Of a DNA stretch of 64,000 nt, positions 28,801-41,759 are shown piece by piece. A program made the translations under genes and the position numbers. Each line of letters opens with the position of its first letter. Within the stretch, counting starts at the first letter, position 1. The stretch is from Macrostomum lignano. Taxonomy: Eukaryota. The notes under the pieces were generated by a model. That model saw only the letters and a program-made list of their open reading frames with translations, ran no database searches and had not been told where the DNA came from. The DNA is taken from assembly GCA_002269645.1 (NCBI GenBank), contig NIVC01002177.1, forward strand, positions 131,868 to 195,867, in the 5' to 3' direction.

Positions 28801-30327
28801 ACGCGCCCAGCGCCAGCTGGACCAGCTTGTGAGCGTTGCTGCGAGCGTCGGCCTGGGGGTCAACACGCAGAAGACCGTCGTGCTTCGAATACCGAGACGC
28901 TGACAGGCAGGTGTCGAAGCTTCCGCACTGTCAGCAGTTCGTCTGCCTCGGCGGTCTGCAGACCATGGTGCTTGATGTTCCAGAGGACCTAGCACGTCGC
29001 CGTGGACTTGCTTGGGTTGCCTTCCGTTTCGTGAGGGCTGTCCTGCAGTCCGAGGCCCTGCCTGACGGCCAGAGGGCGGCGTTGTTCAAGGCGGTGATCG
29101 AGACCGTCCTGTTGTACAACACCGAGACCTGGACACTGACGGATTCGCTCGAACAGCAGGTCAATGCGGCGCACGCTGGCCTGTCTTTAAGATCGGCTGC
29201 GAGCACGTCACCAATGCGGGCTCTATCGCCGCACTGGCCTGTCCCTTCCCAGCAAACTTTTGCGCCGTTCACGACTCCAGCTGGCAGGCCACATCATCCG
29301 AGCCGAGTCCTAAAGTCCACAGCCGGTGCAGGAAGTGCTGCTGCTGTCGCTGCAGGCACCCTACCGGCGGGGACAGGCGCGCAGTCTGTGTTTCGTCGAC
29401 TTCTTGCCGGCTAATGCCGGCGCCCCGGACTCTGCCGGCTGTGCGGCCGGCGGTTCGCGCCCAGGCCCTGAAACGTGTGACGTTGTCCTTGTCTCTCATG
29501 ACCATGACTCGCTGGAATGGCTGACAGCGCATTTTGTTGTTGTATGGAGGGCACACCGGCACACCATCATTCCTTATTCAGAGTGTCGCTGTTTCTCCTG
29601 CGCTCACTAAGAATCTTGTGACGTTGTGTGAAAATCGGTGGCAATAAAGTGCAACGAGCACAGTTGAGATTCTGTCCTGGGTTGGTAGTTTACCCTTCAA
29701 ATTCGTTGCGACCATTCTTCAAATAGTTGAAAATCATGCAAAGGAAGCACATGAGAAAATATTCTGCTTTCTGCTCCTGAAGATTGAACCGCTGGATTTT
29801 TATTTGTAGTTGCATATCCAGATCCAGACCTGTAGTTGTAAGCTGCGTATTTATAAACAATTCTTTTTCTCTGACTATAGTCTCTGATATAGCATGTATC
29901 ATATCGAATCTTTATATATTTTTCATTTAGGGTGAAGTGGAGAAGGCATCCTCAAAAGCATGCGAGCAAATGTACACCCAATGTGCATGCGTTCAGCTTT
30001 CAAGTGGGGGGCCTGTTACCCCGTGTGCATCACAGACAAAAAACAGCACTGATTTACCGGGGATCTTCCTTCCCCTCCGAAGGGTTTTTCTCCTGTCTAG
30101 GACAAAAAAACTTCCAAGCCTTGTGAAGAGCCTGCCCACCTCAAACCCCGCTTAGTCAGTGGGACTAAGATAGGGAAAGGCAGGCCGTTTAAACAAGCTA
30201 AAATGACTCGGCCCGGTTGTGTCCGCTTTCGACCCACGAAAAAGTGAGCCTTCTCTTCCAGTTAGTTATCTAGAATTCTATGCTGGTAGATATACGGGAG
30301 CGTGAAATATCTATTTTATCGCAGCAA

Positions 30328-30363
<36 letters not shown>

Positions 30364-33300
30364 TACACCCCAGTGAAAGCCTCTGTGTGGTCACTGAGAG
30401 AGGCAAACAGCAGGGTAAGAGAGAGAGAGAGAGAGAGACCAACCCGCATTCACCCCCTGTTGCATGGGCAGAACAGGTGGATACTTGTAATATGCTGAAA
30501 GGCTGGTAGCACAGCCCAACATTGTCATAGAGCTCTCTTTCGCTGATAGTTCATCTGCTTTTGCTTGTCTCGATCATAGGAATATTGGCAATATTATTCT
30601 TCCCAATACACCGAACCCACCAGATCCCATGGCAGTCCACAGAAAGATTTGTTCAGCTGGATTGGGATAACCCGAACCCATTTCGGCAATATTTGCTATT
30701 GTTTCAGCTAAAATAAGTAGGTTTGCACTCGTTTTTTGCCTTGATATAGCTACATGTAGATATTGTTGAACCAAGCCATACGAAAAGTAGTGTGATATGA
30801 AATTTGAAGTGAATTGCAACAGTCAATCGAAATATATTCCTAGAGCAGGGGTCAGCTCAGAATCCAGCTGAGAATCCAGCTCATGGCTACGGCCTAAATT
30901 AGAGAGGAAAGGAGAGGGAATAAAGGAGATAAGAAACGAGACAAGATGAGAAAAGAGGGGAGAGACGAGAGAAGGGAGAGAAAAGAGAGGGGAGATAAAG
31001 AGGAGAGAGAAGAGAGGGAGAGAGTGAAGAGAGGAGAGAGGGGGAGAAGAGAGGTGGGAGAATAGAGGGGAGAGAGGAGACAGAGGGGAGAGAGCAGAGA
31101 GAGAAGAGAGGAGAGAGGGGGGAGAAGAGAGAGGGGAGAGGGGAGATAGGGGAGAAAGAGGAGGGGGGAGATAGGGGAGAAAGAGGAGAGGGGAGATAGG
31201 GGAGAAAGAGGAGAGAGGGGAGTGGAGAGAGGGGAGTGGGTGGAGAGGAGAGAGGGGAGAGGTGCAGAGGGGAGAAAGGAGAGAAGAGACAAAAGCATTG
31301 AGCGGGCCGGATTGCTATTGTGAAGTTTCAACGGACCGCGGGCCGCATGGGGCGCCAGAGTTTGCCGACCCCTGACCTAGAAAGTTATACTCCTAGTGGT
31401 TCCTAGATGGACCCAAAATATTACTGTGAATATGAGACAGATATTGCTTCTTATTTGATTCTGAGAGACTTAAGTAGTTTCTGACCATGCGGTGGGTCCA
31501 TTGCTGCAGGAGCGAGTTCTCCATCTACCAGGACTCACTGAGCCAGAAGGTGGACGTGCTTGTTCTCATCAATGACATCAACGATGAGCAACCAAGCTGG
31601 CCAGTGGCTGGCAATGTCATTCGGGTCGAATTCCTCGATGGCGATGGGCCCGGCAAGAACAAATTTATCCTCAACGCGGTAGACAAAGACCTGGGCAAGA
31701 ACGGCAGAGTTCGCTATACGCTGTACAACCTTGGTGCGCCGTTCTCGCTGAAGCAGACGGCGGAGGACAACCGACTGTCACTGGAGACGTCGCGAATTAT
31801 CGACCGAGAGGAGAAGGATTCGTACAACATGAGCCTCGTGGCAATCGACGAGGGAAACCCGCCGCTCACTGGTTCCATCATGCTGCAGGTGATCATCATC
31901 GACGTGAACGATCACGCGCCCGAGTTCGACCGCGCCTTCTACACGCCTCCCAAGCCGATCTACGAGAACGAGGTGGTGAACAGCGAAGTGCTGCAGCTGC
32001 AAGCCACGGACAGGGACTCCGGCGACTACGGCACCGTTGTTTACGACTTCGCTGCCACGGCCGGCGAGGACCAGCAGGTGGCCAGGCAGTACCTGGCCGT
32101 GCTGGCAAACGGCAGAATCATCATTCGCAAGCCGCTAGACTATGATCGAATGACCAAGAAGTACTTTCTGTTTGAGGTATGTGCAACTCTGAGGAAATAA
32201 AATATTCCAACTGAACAAACACGTTTGTGAATTAAAATTAGCAAAAATTCGATTTGCTTTTGCAGGTGATTGCCAGGGATAATGCTCGCGACAAGGAGTA
32301 CCGCAAAACGGCCACAGCCACCGTCAGCATTTCGGTGCTGGACAGAGTCGACGAAGCGCCCACCATCGAGACCTGCTTCCTGCCGTCTGGATGCACTGCC
32401 AGCCCATCAGCGCCAAGCATTCCAGAGAACCTGGCGCTGAGAAGCAAGATTGCCGAGGTCATTGTTCGCGACCTGGACACGGGCGATCATGTCCAGTGTG
32501 AGACCGTTCTGAGTGACAATCAGCCGCCTTCGCACCTGCAGGTTGGAGGCCTGAGCGAGCACGGGCAAGAGGTGCCTTTTATTCTGCTGTCCTCCAGTGT
32601 CAACTACGGATCATCGGCACCCACCGATTCCACGGTAAGGAAGAGTCAGTGAGCTTTCAGAGCTTTCCCTCGCTGAAATGCCTGGGAGTCTTCCATTCTT
32701 AGGAGCTCTTTTTAGCGATGCTCCAATGTACCCAATGCAGTAAGCTATCTGATTTTCTCAACTTTGGATTCTCAGGTAGATCATTCCGAATAGCTGAATA
32801 GGTTTCGCACCTCAGCCTAATCCACAAGAATAGCTATTGAAATCAATCAATTGCAAAAACCAGAAAATAAAGAGGAATTTTTTCTACTCATGAAAAACTG
32901 AAGTTAATTAAGAAATCGTTTCTTTGAAAAAATGATAAACGCTCAATCAAGCGATAACAGTCGTGCTGAGTCAGTGCGGGCAGAGCTAATTCTTGTGATA
33001 GCCAAGGATCGCTTGAATCCCTGAAAACAGCACCGTTTTCTCTGTTTTAATCTGTCAGCCCGCAGTTATTTGCACGCAGAATTGCGTTTTTAGGCCCCTA
33101 TATTTTTTGTTCTGAAAGCTGAATTCCCTTCTCCTCCATGGGGACAACGGGCCGTCAATGCCGAGTTGTCTCCCGAGGGGATTATGAGATTGCTTCATGT
33201 GCTCCCTCTGACCCTTCATTCTCATTTCCAAGAATCGATTTGCAGGAAGAAAAGGAGGCAGGGAGAGAGGGTGCAATGGCTTTAATCTAAAAAATCATGG

Positions 33301-36300
33301 AGCATCGCAGAGGCCCTTTTTACGGTGCTCTGATTGCAAAAATCGGCTATGCTCTCCTCAGTTTTCCCCACGCGTCAAATCACGAATTGACGGTCTGTGC
33401 GTACAGCAGCCTTGCAATCATTATTTAAATTGCCCGGTGCAAAATTGCAAAGCGCTACTCGATAATTGGACAGCAAAGTCAAGCCTCCGGGGAGACAAGA
33501 ATCTCGCTACAAAGTTATGGGCATGAGTTCAACCGTTTCGTCTACGTTCTATTGAGCAGTCGTTGAAGTGTATCGGTCCGTAGGAAAAATAACTCTCCTT
33601 TACTTTCGACACATTAGTAGGTATGAATTCATGTGTATCTCCATCAGAAATAGCGATACAAATAGAAGTTATTAGGCACGGATTAATGAAGCCAGTTGCA
33701 CCGATGTCAACATCTGCTTTCAACTACTAATGAAGAGAAGCCATATCTATTGCGTCATTGGCTTTTGCAGAGAGGCTAGGAATGATAAGAAGCCTTACCA
33801 AAGAAGATGGCATTAAAATTAGAGACCAAAAAATGAAAAGATGACAGGCCAGATCTTTGAGCATAGTTGAGATACCCCCCCAGCCAAGATCCTTGGTGCA
33901 GAGGTGCAAGTGAAAGATTAGAGAGCGAGCAATGATGCACATCTGCATGAGCTCATGCGGAGCAACTGCAGAGCATTGTTCCTAATTAGATGGGGAGTGA
34001 TGTAATTCAATACGACTGGCTCATTTTATATGTCTTTGATAGTCCAGCCACCAAACTAATAGGCCCGTCGGATCAAACGATTCCTAGCTCTCGCTTGACC
34101 CGAAATTATTGCTGGCCTACTCTCCATTTTAGGCAGGCAGAGACTGTTTTCATAGTTTCTAATTGAGTCCTTTGCATTGGCAGTTCGGCTGATCAACATC
34201 ATTATTTCCGCATAGAAGGCATTGGTGCCCTCACTGCTTGAGTCCTCGTATGCCGCCCGTCAATGCTTCTTTCAGATGAAGCTATTCGACCTGGTGACAA
34301 ACCGGGTGTTCGACCGCGAGGTCTCTTCCCGGGCCTGCTTCGGCATCGTCTGCCGGGACTCGCAGCGTCTGGAAGGCCGCGCCAGCTACTGTGTGACCAT
34401 CGAGGATGTCAACGACTCGCCACCGGTGGTGGATGGACCAATCGTCTTCCAGGTTTGGGACCTCTTTTTGCTCTGGGGTTAGTTCAAGGGCATCGCTAAT
34501 AAATGTAGCTATGCTACTCTGTGAGAGATTGATTGACCTCCAGGGTGACTGCTCTGAAGCGATAAGCTACGGCAGGTTCTGCGCAAAAATTCCACGAAAC
34601 ACTAGACGAATGAGTAGCGGATTTCTTAAATCAATAAAGCGTCTTTTGTGGTGCTTTCAGTCCGACTCTGATCAATTTCTCAGTTGGCTAATCTTACCGG
34701 CTAAAAGTGCATTAAACTGAATTTGCCGTATGAGTACGAGTAGCTTGTAATGCTTTGCGTTGCCAAGTGATTTGACGGCTCATTTAGCGAACTAAAATGT
34801 AAACTAGTAGGCAGTGGAAGGAAACAATGTGTAAGAGATGTTCCGCACTTTCCTTCAGGCTCTGGAGGAAGACGCGGAGCGACGCCCGCTGCAGGGCCGA
34901 GTGCGCAATCACGTGCACGACGCGGACATCGGCAACAACAGCCGGCTGCAGTTCGCGCTCGATCCCACCGACCTGGAGGCTGCCAGACTTTTCGAGGTGA
35001 ACGCCGACACCGGGCAGCTCAGACCGCTGGTGGTCTTCGATCGAGAACGGCAGGCCAGCTACACGCTGCGAGTGCTGGTTACGGACGGCGGCAAGTCACC
35101 ACTGACCGCCACTGCCACGGTCACCGTCCGCGTGGTCGACGCAAACGACCGTCAGCCGATGTGCCGGCAGGCAGAGTACCGACTGCGGGTGCGCGAGAAT
35201 CGGCCAGCCGACAGCACGGTCGGCTTCGTCGAAGCCGAGGACGAGGACGAGAAGGAGCTGGGCAACGGCGCGGTCGCCTACCGGCTGGACGACCGCGACG
35301 GCGACGCGGACTGGCGAGCCTTCAGCGTCGACCGGCGCACTGGCGAGATCAAGACGTCGATGCCGCTGGACCGGGAGCGGCAGGCCCACTATTCGTTTCG
35401 CGTGCTCGCCGAGGACCAGCCGAGGTCCGGGCACGGCGCACTGACTGGCACCTGCTTGGTGTCGGTCACCGTGGAAGATGAAAACGACAACAGGCCGGTG
35501 TTTCGGGTGACGCCCAATCATCCGGAGGTGTTTCAGGTAAGACCTCGGAAATGTAAGCGTCTTTGTCCACAGCCTTCTACATTCTACACCTTTCTACATT
35601 ATGAAGTAGAAGTAGAAGGGGTTTTAGCCTAGTGGTTTGAGCGTTGGACTTACGACTGAAAGGTCGAATGTTCGACTCTGCACCTTACTCGGAACAATTT
35701 GTGTCCTTGGGCAAGACACGAGACACGACTCTGCATTGCTTCAGTTCACTCAGCTGTAAAATGGGTGCCAGCATTAGCTGGGGTAGTTGAGGGTGTTTGC
35801 GGCGACCCCCCAGTCCTTGGACTGAACAGCCGTACGCAGCCTTCAGATGCGCCGCGCAATAGCTGGGGCTGAGCTGTCGGTTGGCCCAATTGACCCAATT
35901 GGAGCAGAGAATTTCACTGCAACTTTGCCTTCACCCAAGCCACCAACACCGACCACCTGCAGGTCACGAAGCGGGAGCCTGGAATCAGCATCGGCCAAGT
36001 GCTGGCGGAGGACCCAGACGAGGGCGACAATAGACTGGTAGACTACGAGCTGCTTAACAGGGCGGAGGTGCACGATCTGTTTAGCGTCGACCGGCGCTCA
36101 GGCCTGGTGCTCATCAACAAGGCGCTGCACAGCCAGCCGGCGCGGGACTTCATCCTAGTGCTGCGTGCCTGCGACCGCGGCCGGCCGCGCAACTGCTCGG
36201 CGGAGGCCAGGTACCGGGCGCATATTGTCGACCGGCGCGACGCTGCCTATCGCGGCGGAGGCTCCGGCACGGAGTCTGGCTCACCTGGCAGCGGAGGCGA

Positions 36301-39300
36301 CAGCGGCGAGCACAGCGGAGGGAAGGGCCTCGGCAACGAGATAGTGATAGTGTGCTTGGCGGTGATGTTCCTGGTGCTGGGCATCGCCACAGTCACCGTT
36401 GTCTGCCTGATTGTGCGCAAGCGCTCCGTCTACGTCAAAAAGAGCCGACAACCAGCTGTTGCTATGACAACAGGTCCAGGTGTGCAATCAAGAGAGGCTT
36501 GACCAATTTGATAGATTTTAGGTCAAATCTTACATGCATTATACATGCAGTATGTGTAATCAGGATTAGACTCGAAGGTGGTCCAGTCCAGCATATTCAC
36601 ACAGTGCGTCCTCACGCCTTGCCGAGCAAGAATCGCCTTCGATTTCCGGGTGCCCCACCTGTGGATTCCCATGCAGCATCCCCAGCGACAGCTGCTTGAG
36701 CTCAACGATTCACGAGGGTGGAGAGAATGCGAATGCCAGACAGAATTTATTCGGATTCACAAAAATTCACTGCAAGCTGAGGACAAGCCGCCGCTAGCGA
36801 GTTTGTTTTGATGGACAGCTCTCGAGCTGATTTCGCATCGATTCCGGAGCGCATCTCCCCGCCTTTTTCAACTATCCTCCCGCTGCCCCGAGTGCGGCTC
36901 TCATTTGCTTTTTCTCCCTAACCCCCCTTCCCCATGGCAACTCATTTCGCTTTCGAGACGATGAAAAAATAGCCGGGTTCCGAATTGAAGCTTGAGACTC
37001 GAACCGCGGCTCCGGGGGGGGGGCAGCAGTGCCGCTGGGATGGGCGCGGCTTGGCGGAGTCTGAGACAGGGAGAGTCAGCTCTCATTAGCGACTGAGTGA
37101 GTTGTGCTGCGATGGGGAGGCGGCCGAGAGTCGGAGCTGCAGACACGGGAGTTCGGCTCTTTAGTGTCGCTCAGATTTCTGCAAAGTGCTTCTCAGCTAG
37201 CGATAGGGCTAGCCTGAGCCTCTCACACTTTTGCTAAGAAGCTTTCCCGAATCAGTCAGACTCTCTTAAAGTTAAGAGAACTATAGGAAGCTCCACCAAG
37301 TCGGATTAGAAATCTAGAACGACATTATGCATAAAGGAGTGATTTATTGCTGGTTGCTGAGCGTTTACATGTGCTTCATGGAGGCGCTGGGCCCTTACAT
37401 CTCAAGCAGTATTGCTAGTGCATTTAGTGGAAGGGTAGAGCAGTGGGTGGGTAGAGCAGTGGGTGGGTAGAGCAGTGGGTAGGTAGAGCGGTGAGTAGGT
37501 AGAACAATAGGTAGGTAGAGCAGTGGGTAGGTAGAGCAGTGGGTAGGTAGAGCAGTAGGTAGGGTAGAACAGTGGGTAGAGTGGTGTGCCTTGACCATTC
37601 GAAAATGTTTAGTATTTCTGTCAATCAGAAACTGGGTGTTCTGGTAGCCTCCCTACACATTGAATTTGCTAACTGAAACCAGCGTTAATAAATATGTGAT
37701 TTACAATTTACCTTTCAGATGCTGAGCACGCGGACGTAAAAATGATATCCGGCTCGTATGACATGCCGCCTGCGTACAAAGACTTCAACGGAGAGGTGAG
37801 ACGCCCTTTGACACGCTGGGGATTGAGAAATGCGACGGCGCATGGTTACCCTAGCTCGTAATAGTAACTTCTGAAACTTCCTGAGCAATAATTCATTGGG
37901 GAAGAATCTGAACACCGAGTCAGAAGCCAAATAATTTATCTAATTTGGATGCACCGGTCGAAAAAATTGGAAAATAAACATAAATAAACATAATTTGTTT
38001 ATTTCTGGAAAATATTATATTGGGGATTATATTTCCGCGAAATATCCCTACGTGCATCCTCTCTGCCTAAGTCCCTTCATCCTTCCGCCGCTTTATCGCT
38101 TCCCGAGATCGGCAAAAGTGAGGAGGGCGGAGAGGCTGTTTCGGAATGATGAAGCCCGGGCCCGGAGCCGCGGAGTTCAAGCCTTACAAAAGCAGCAATA
38201 GAGCAAAAGAGACAGCCAGAGGGGCGAAGGCAATCTACTGAAGAGGAGAGTGGGAAGGGGGCTTGGGACAGTGCCCGGCTCATAATCTGATTGCCAAGGT
38301 CTCAACATTCGCCGTTCCCATCTATCCCGCCTCTCTCGTTCGCTCCCAGCCTCCCCGGGCCCCATCCGACCTGATCGGTCCCTATTTCCACATCCCAGCC
38401 CCCGGTGGCCTCGAGTCCCTTGCCCGGAGGGGTGAGCTGAAACTAAGAGAATGAGAAGGAAAGAGGAGAGACCGACGTGCTATCTGTGTCCGGCTGGGAG
38501 ACTTTAGCCGGGCTGGGAATTTTCGATTCGCTACTTTTTATGCCTTGATTTTAGATTCATGCATTTGGGTATTTACTGTAAACTGATGCTGGGACTGCAC
38601 TATGCACACAAAATGAGCACAGCAAACTGATGCTGGGACTGCACTATGCACACAAAATGAGCACAGCAAACTGATGCTAGGACTGCACTATGCACACAAA
38701 ATGAGCACAGCAAACTGATGCTGGGACTGCACTATGCACACAAAATGAGCACAGCAAACTGATGCTAGGACTGCACTATGCACACACAATGAGCACAGCA
38801 AACTGATGCTAGGACTGCACTATGCACACACAATGAGCACAGCAAACTGATGCTGGGACTGCACTATGCACACACAATGAGCACAGCAAACTGATGCTAG
38901 GACTGCACTATGCACACACAATGAGCACAGCAAACTGATGCTAGGACTGCACTATGCACACACAATGAGCACAGCAAACTGATGCTAGGACTGCACTATG
39001 CACACACAATGAGCACAGCAAACTGATGCTAGGACTGCACTATGCACACACAATGAGCACAGCAAACTGATGCTAGGACTGCACTATGCACACACAATGA
39101 GCACAGCAAATTGATGCTAGGACTGCACTATGCACACACAATGAGCACAGCAAACTGATGCTAGGGCTGCACTATGCACACAAAATAAGCACAGCAAACT
39201 GATGCTAGGGCTGAACTATGCACATAGTCACAATGAGCACAGCAAACTGATGCTAGGGCTGAACTATGCACATAGTCACAATGAGCACAGCAAACTGATG

Positions 39301-40841
39301 CTAGGGCTGAACTATGCACATAGTCACAATGAGCACAGCAAACTGATGCTAGGGCTGAACTATGCACATAGTCACAATGAGCGCAGCAAACTGATGCTAG
39401 GGCTGAACTATGCACATAGTCACAATGAGCACAGCAAACTGATGCTAGGGCTGAACTATGCACATAGTCACAATGAGCGCAGCAAACTGATGCTAGGGCT
39501 GAACTATGCACATAGTCACAATGAGCACAGCAAACTGATGCTAGGGCTGCACTATGCACACACAGTCACAATGAGCACAGCAAACTGATGCTAGGGCTGA
39601 ACTATGCACATAGTCACAATGAGCACAGCAAACTGATGCTAGGGCTGCACTATGCACACACAGTCACAATGAGCACAGCAAACTGATGCTAGGGCTGCAC
39701 TATGCACACACAGTCACAATGAGCACAGCAAACTGATGCTAGGGCTGAACTATGCACATAGTCACAATGAGCACAGCAAACTGATGCTAGGGCTGCACTA
39801 TGCACACACAGTCACAATGAGCACAGCAAACTGATGCTAGGGCTGCACTATGCACACACAGTCACAATGAGCACAGCAAACTGATGCTAGGGCTGCACTA
39901 TGCACACAGTCACAATGAGCACAGAAAACTGATGCTAGGGCTGAACTATGCACATAGTCACAATGAGCACAGCAAACTGATGCTAGGGCTGCACTATGCA
40001 CACACAGTCACAATGAGCACAGCAAACTGATGCTAGGGCTGCACTATGCACACAGTCACAATGAGCACAGAAAACTGATGCTAGGGATGAACTATGCACA
40101 CACAGTCACAATGAGCACAGCAAACTGATGCTAGGGATGAACTATGCACATGGTCACAATGAGCACAGCAAAAGACCATCCCTGCGACTCACACAGGAGG
40201 ACTTCTGCACCTACAATGCGAATCTTCAGCTGAAGCCGACAACATCAGCCGGTGCCTACGGCTACCGCACGACCGGACGAGATGCCCGGTACTGCACCAC
40301 CAGCCCCGGCCCAGGTGAGTTTGGTTCGTTTCTATTAGCTACGCTTTCAGCTCATATTTCAGTCTGTCTAATTTAATACTCAACGGTAGTGGTTGCAATG
40401 ACTGAGCTATTCAAACAAATTCGGACGCTAAAATGCGATAAATACTACTGTTTCACTTACCGAACAAACGAATAAAACCGATAAAATGTGTCATTCCGTC
40501 TATCTACAGCTGGCAGCATCGGCTTGGAGGCCGATCGCAAGCAGGTGCAGGACTACCAGCCGCTGGACACGACAGGCGTCCGATTGGGCCGCAGAACCGG
40601 CGACAGCGCCAAGCTGTACAACACCGGCCTGCACATGTACTACGAGATCAAAGGCGCCGCCGCTGGTCAGACCGGACAGGCCGGAGATTGCGGCGAAGAG
40701 GTTGCTCTGCCAGTACAGCCGCCGCAGCCGCCGCCGCCGCCGCCACCGTCAGGTCTTTGCGTCGACGGGAACAAGGCGTCTCCTGGGAAGCAGCAGCATT
40801 ACCCAAGCTTCAGCCCCTACACCGAAGCCAGCTTTGTTTGA
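25834..40841 (+). CDS. Protocadherin with 7 extracellular cadherin repeats (delta1-like), about 1080 aa; exons 25834-26150, 31510-32176, 32266-32634, 34276-34452, 34859-35536, 35963-36479 (or -36473), 37719-37795, 40197-40314, 40510-40841
   Basis: Signal peptide, repeated DRE/DxNDxxP/AxDxD Ca2+-binding motifs defining seven ECs, the Pcdh-type EC1 motif DREALC, a TM helix (IVIVCLAVMFLVLGIATVTVVCLIV) and a cytoplasmic tail ending EASFV*. All joins are GT-AG and phase-compatible. The cytoplasmic exons are less certain than the EC exons. Confidence 0.93.
26245..27176. repeat. 15-bp minisatellite array (ACTCTCACACTGACT / ACTCTCATGCTGGCT), about 62 copies, in protocadherin intron 1
   Basis: Directly visible. 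It explains the LTTLT/RVVSV pseudo-ORFs. Confidence 0.98.
28700..29540 (+). mobile_element. 5'-truncated, frameshifted non-LTR retrotransposon (RTE-like) RT C-terminal fragment in protocadherin intron 1
   Basis: Conceptual translation gives TVERAQRQLDQLVSVAASVGLGVNTQKTVV (the GLxINxxKT RT motif), then FVCLGG...EDLARRRGLAWVAF...LFKAVIETVLLYNTETWTLT, which is typical of the RTE-type ORF2 C-terminus. Confidence 0.85.
30331..30440. repeat. (CA)n and (GA)n dinucleotide microsatellites
   Basis: Directly visible. Confidence 0.9.
30846..31374. mobile_element. hAT-type MITE with internal polypurine tract, copy 2 (protocadherin intron 1)
   Basis: CAGGGGTC ... GTTTGCCGACCCCTG termini. Flanks TCCTAGAG/ACCTAGAA form a decayed 8-bp TSD. 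The right arm cgggccggattgctattgtgaagtttcaacggacc is shared. Confidence 0.85.
35618..35895 (+). mobile_element. tRNA-derived SINE, family A (CORE-like), in protocadherin intron 5
   Basis: A-box TAGCCTAGTGG and B-box-like GTTCGACTC. The body ttgtgtccttgggcaagacac...cagttcactcagctgtaaaatgggtgccagcattagctggg is shared with four other copies. Confidence 0.9.
37433..37581. repeat. About 16-bp G-rich minisatellite (GGGTAGGTAGAGCAGT), about 9 copies
   Basis: Directly visible, in protocadherin intron 6. Confidence 0.9.
38580..40172. repeat. 44-bp changing to 48/50-bp minisatellite array, about 34 copies, in protocadherin intron 7
   Basis: The left block unit is AACTGATGCTAGGACTGCACTATGCACACACAATGAGCACAGCA (44 bp). 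The right block carries a TAGT/CAGT insertion (48-50 bp). Confidence 0.98.
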
Positions 40842-41296
40842 GGCGGCAAACTTTTCTATCTAAACAACAAAATTAAACAGTGGAAGCCGAATTCACTCTT
40901 TCAAGTGCAGTTTTGATGATGTCTGAAATGTTCATTGTACAAATCATGCGAATCTGTGCAGCGAAGAAGCAGTTGCATCGTATCATTTTTCTCACCCATT
41001 CAAGCCAGTAGCTTATCGGCATCAGTCCAGCTGCTCAATTCGCCTGTTCTGTCTCAGTACAAACTCTGCAAAAATATACCAGCCTTGAAGACAATCAGCT
41101 CTGTTGCGAGTTGCAAAGTTTGTTAAGAATGCTTAGTTTGAGCTCAATAGATCAGACTTCGATGCTGACTGCACATGCACAGCCACCAATAATACAGCAG
41201 CACTTCTGACTGAAATTTGCTTATATGCTTCCTGTATGCTACTATAGTGCAAGCCTAGGCCTGACAAGCGATATTCAGTAGACTACTTAAGCTTAA

Positions 41297-41550
41297 GGGG
41301 TTCTAGCCTAGTGGTTAGAGCGTCTGACTCACGACTGAAAGGTCGGGGGTTCGATTCTTGATCCACTTAACTCTCTGCATTGCTTCAGTTCACCCAGCTG
41401 TAGAATGGGTGCCAGCATTAGCTGGGGCAATTGAGGGTGTGTCGCGTCCCCCAGTCCTTGGACTGAACAGCCGTACGCAGCCATCAGATGCGCCGCGCAA
41501 TAGCTGCGGCTGAGCTGTCGGTTGCACATCTGGCCATTGGGGCAGGTGAA
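41297..41550 (+). mobile_element. tRNA-derived SINE, family A, downstream of the protocadherin
   Basis: TAGCCTAGTGGTTAGAGCGTCTGACTCACGACTGAAAGGTCGGGGGTTCGATTC head and family A body, with a short internal deletion. Confidence 0.9.
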
Positions 41551-41759
41551 ATAAATTATTATTTATTATGCTTAACTCGCTTCTTCCAGTAGTCAGTAGT
41601 GCTTTTATTGTTTCTGATTTTGTAAGAAAGCAAGGTCATGAGTCAAGCATCAATAAAATACTACTTAGGCAGTCGTCGAAAAATTTTTTAAAAGAGCAAC
41701 AGGGAAAGACAACACTGAAGCAAGCAGCAGAGCGCCTCATCGGTAAACGCGTCTGTCTG

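Noticed and set aside
32497-32503. Strong-looking alternative donor (CAGT/GTGAG) in protocadherin exon 3
   Set aside because: It is phase 1 with no compatible downstream acceptor found, and using it would drop the conserved VPFIL strand of EC4.
39161-39588. Cys/His-rich ORFs (CCAHCDYVH; NYAHSHNEH)
   Set aside because: These are translations of the 48-bp array in intron 7.
38580-40172. Possible hammerhead ribozyme array (CTGATG in every unit)
   Set aside because: The sequence is CTGATGC rather than CTGANGA, and there is no GAAA partner or closing stems.
41297-41360. tRNA gene candidates (also at 6633, 35618, 45920, 56700, 62199)
   Set aside because: A and B boxes are present, but the anticodon and acceptor stems do not pair and each runs into a shared SINE body.
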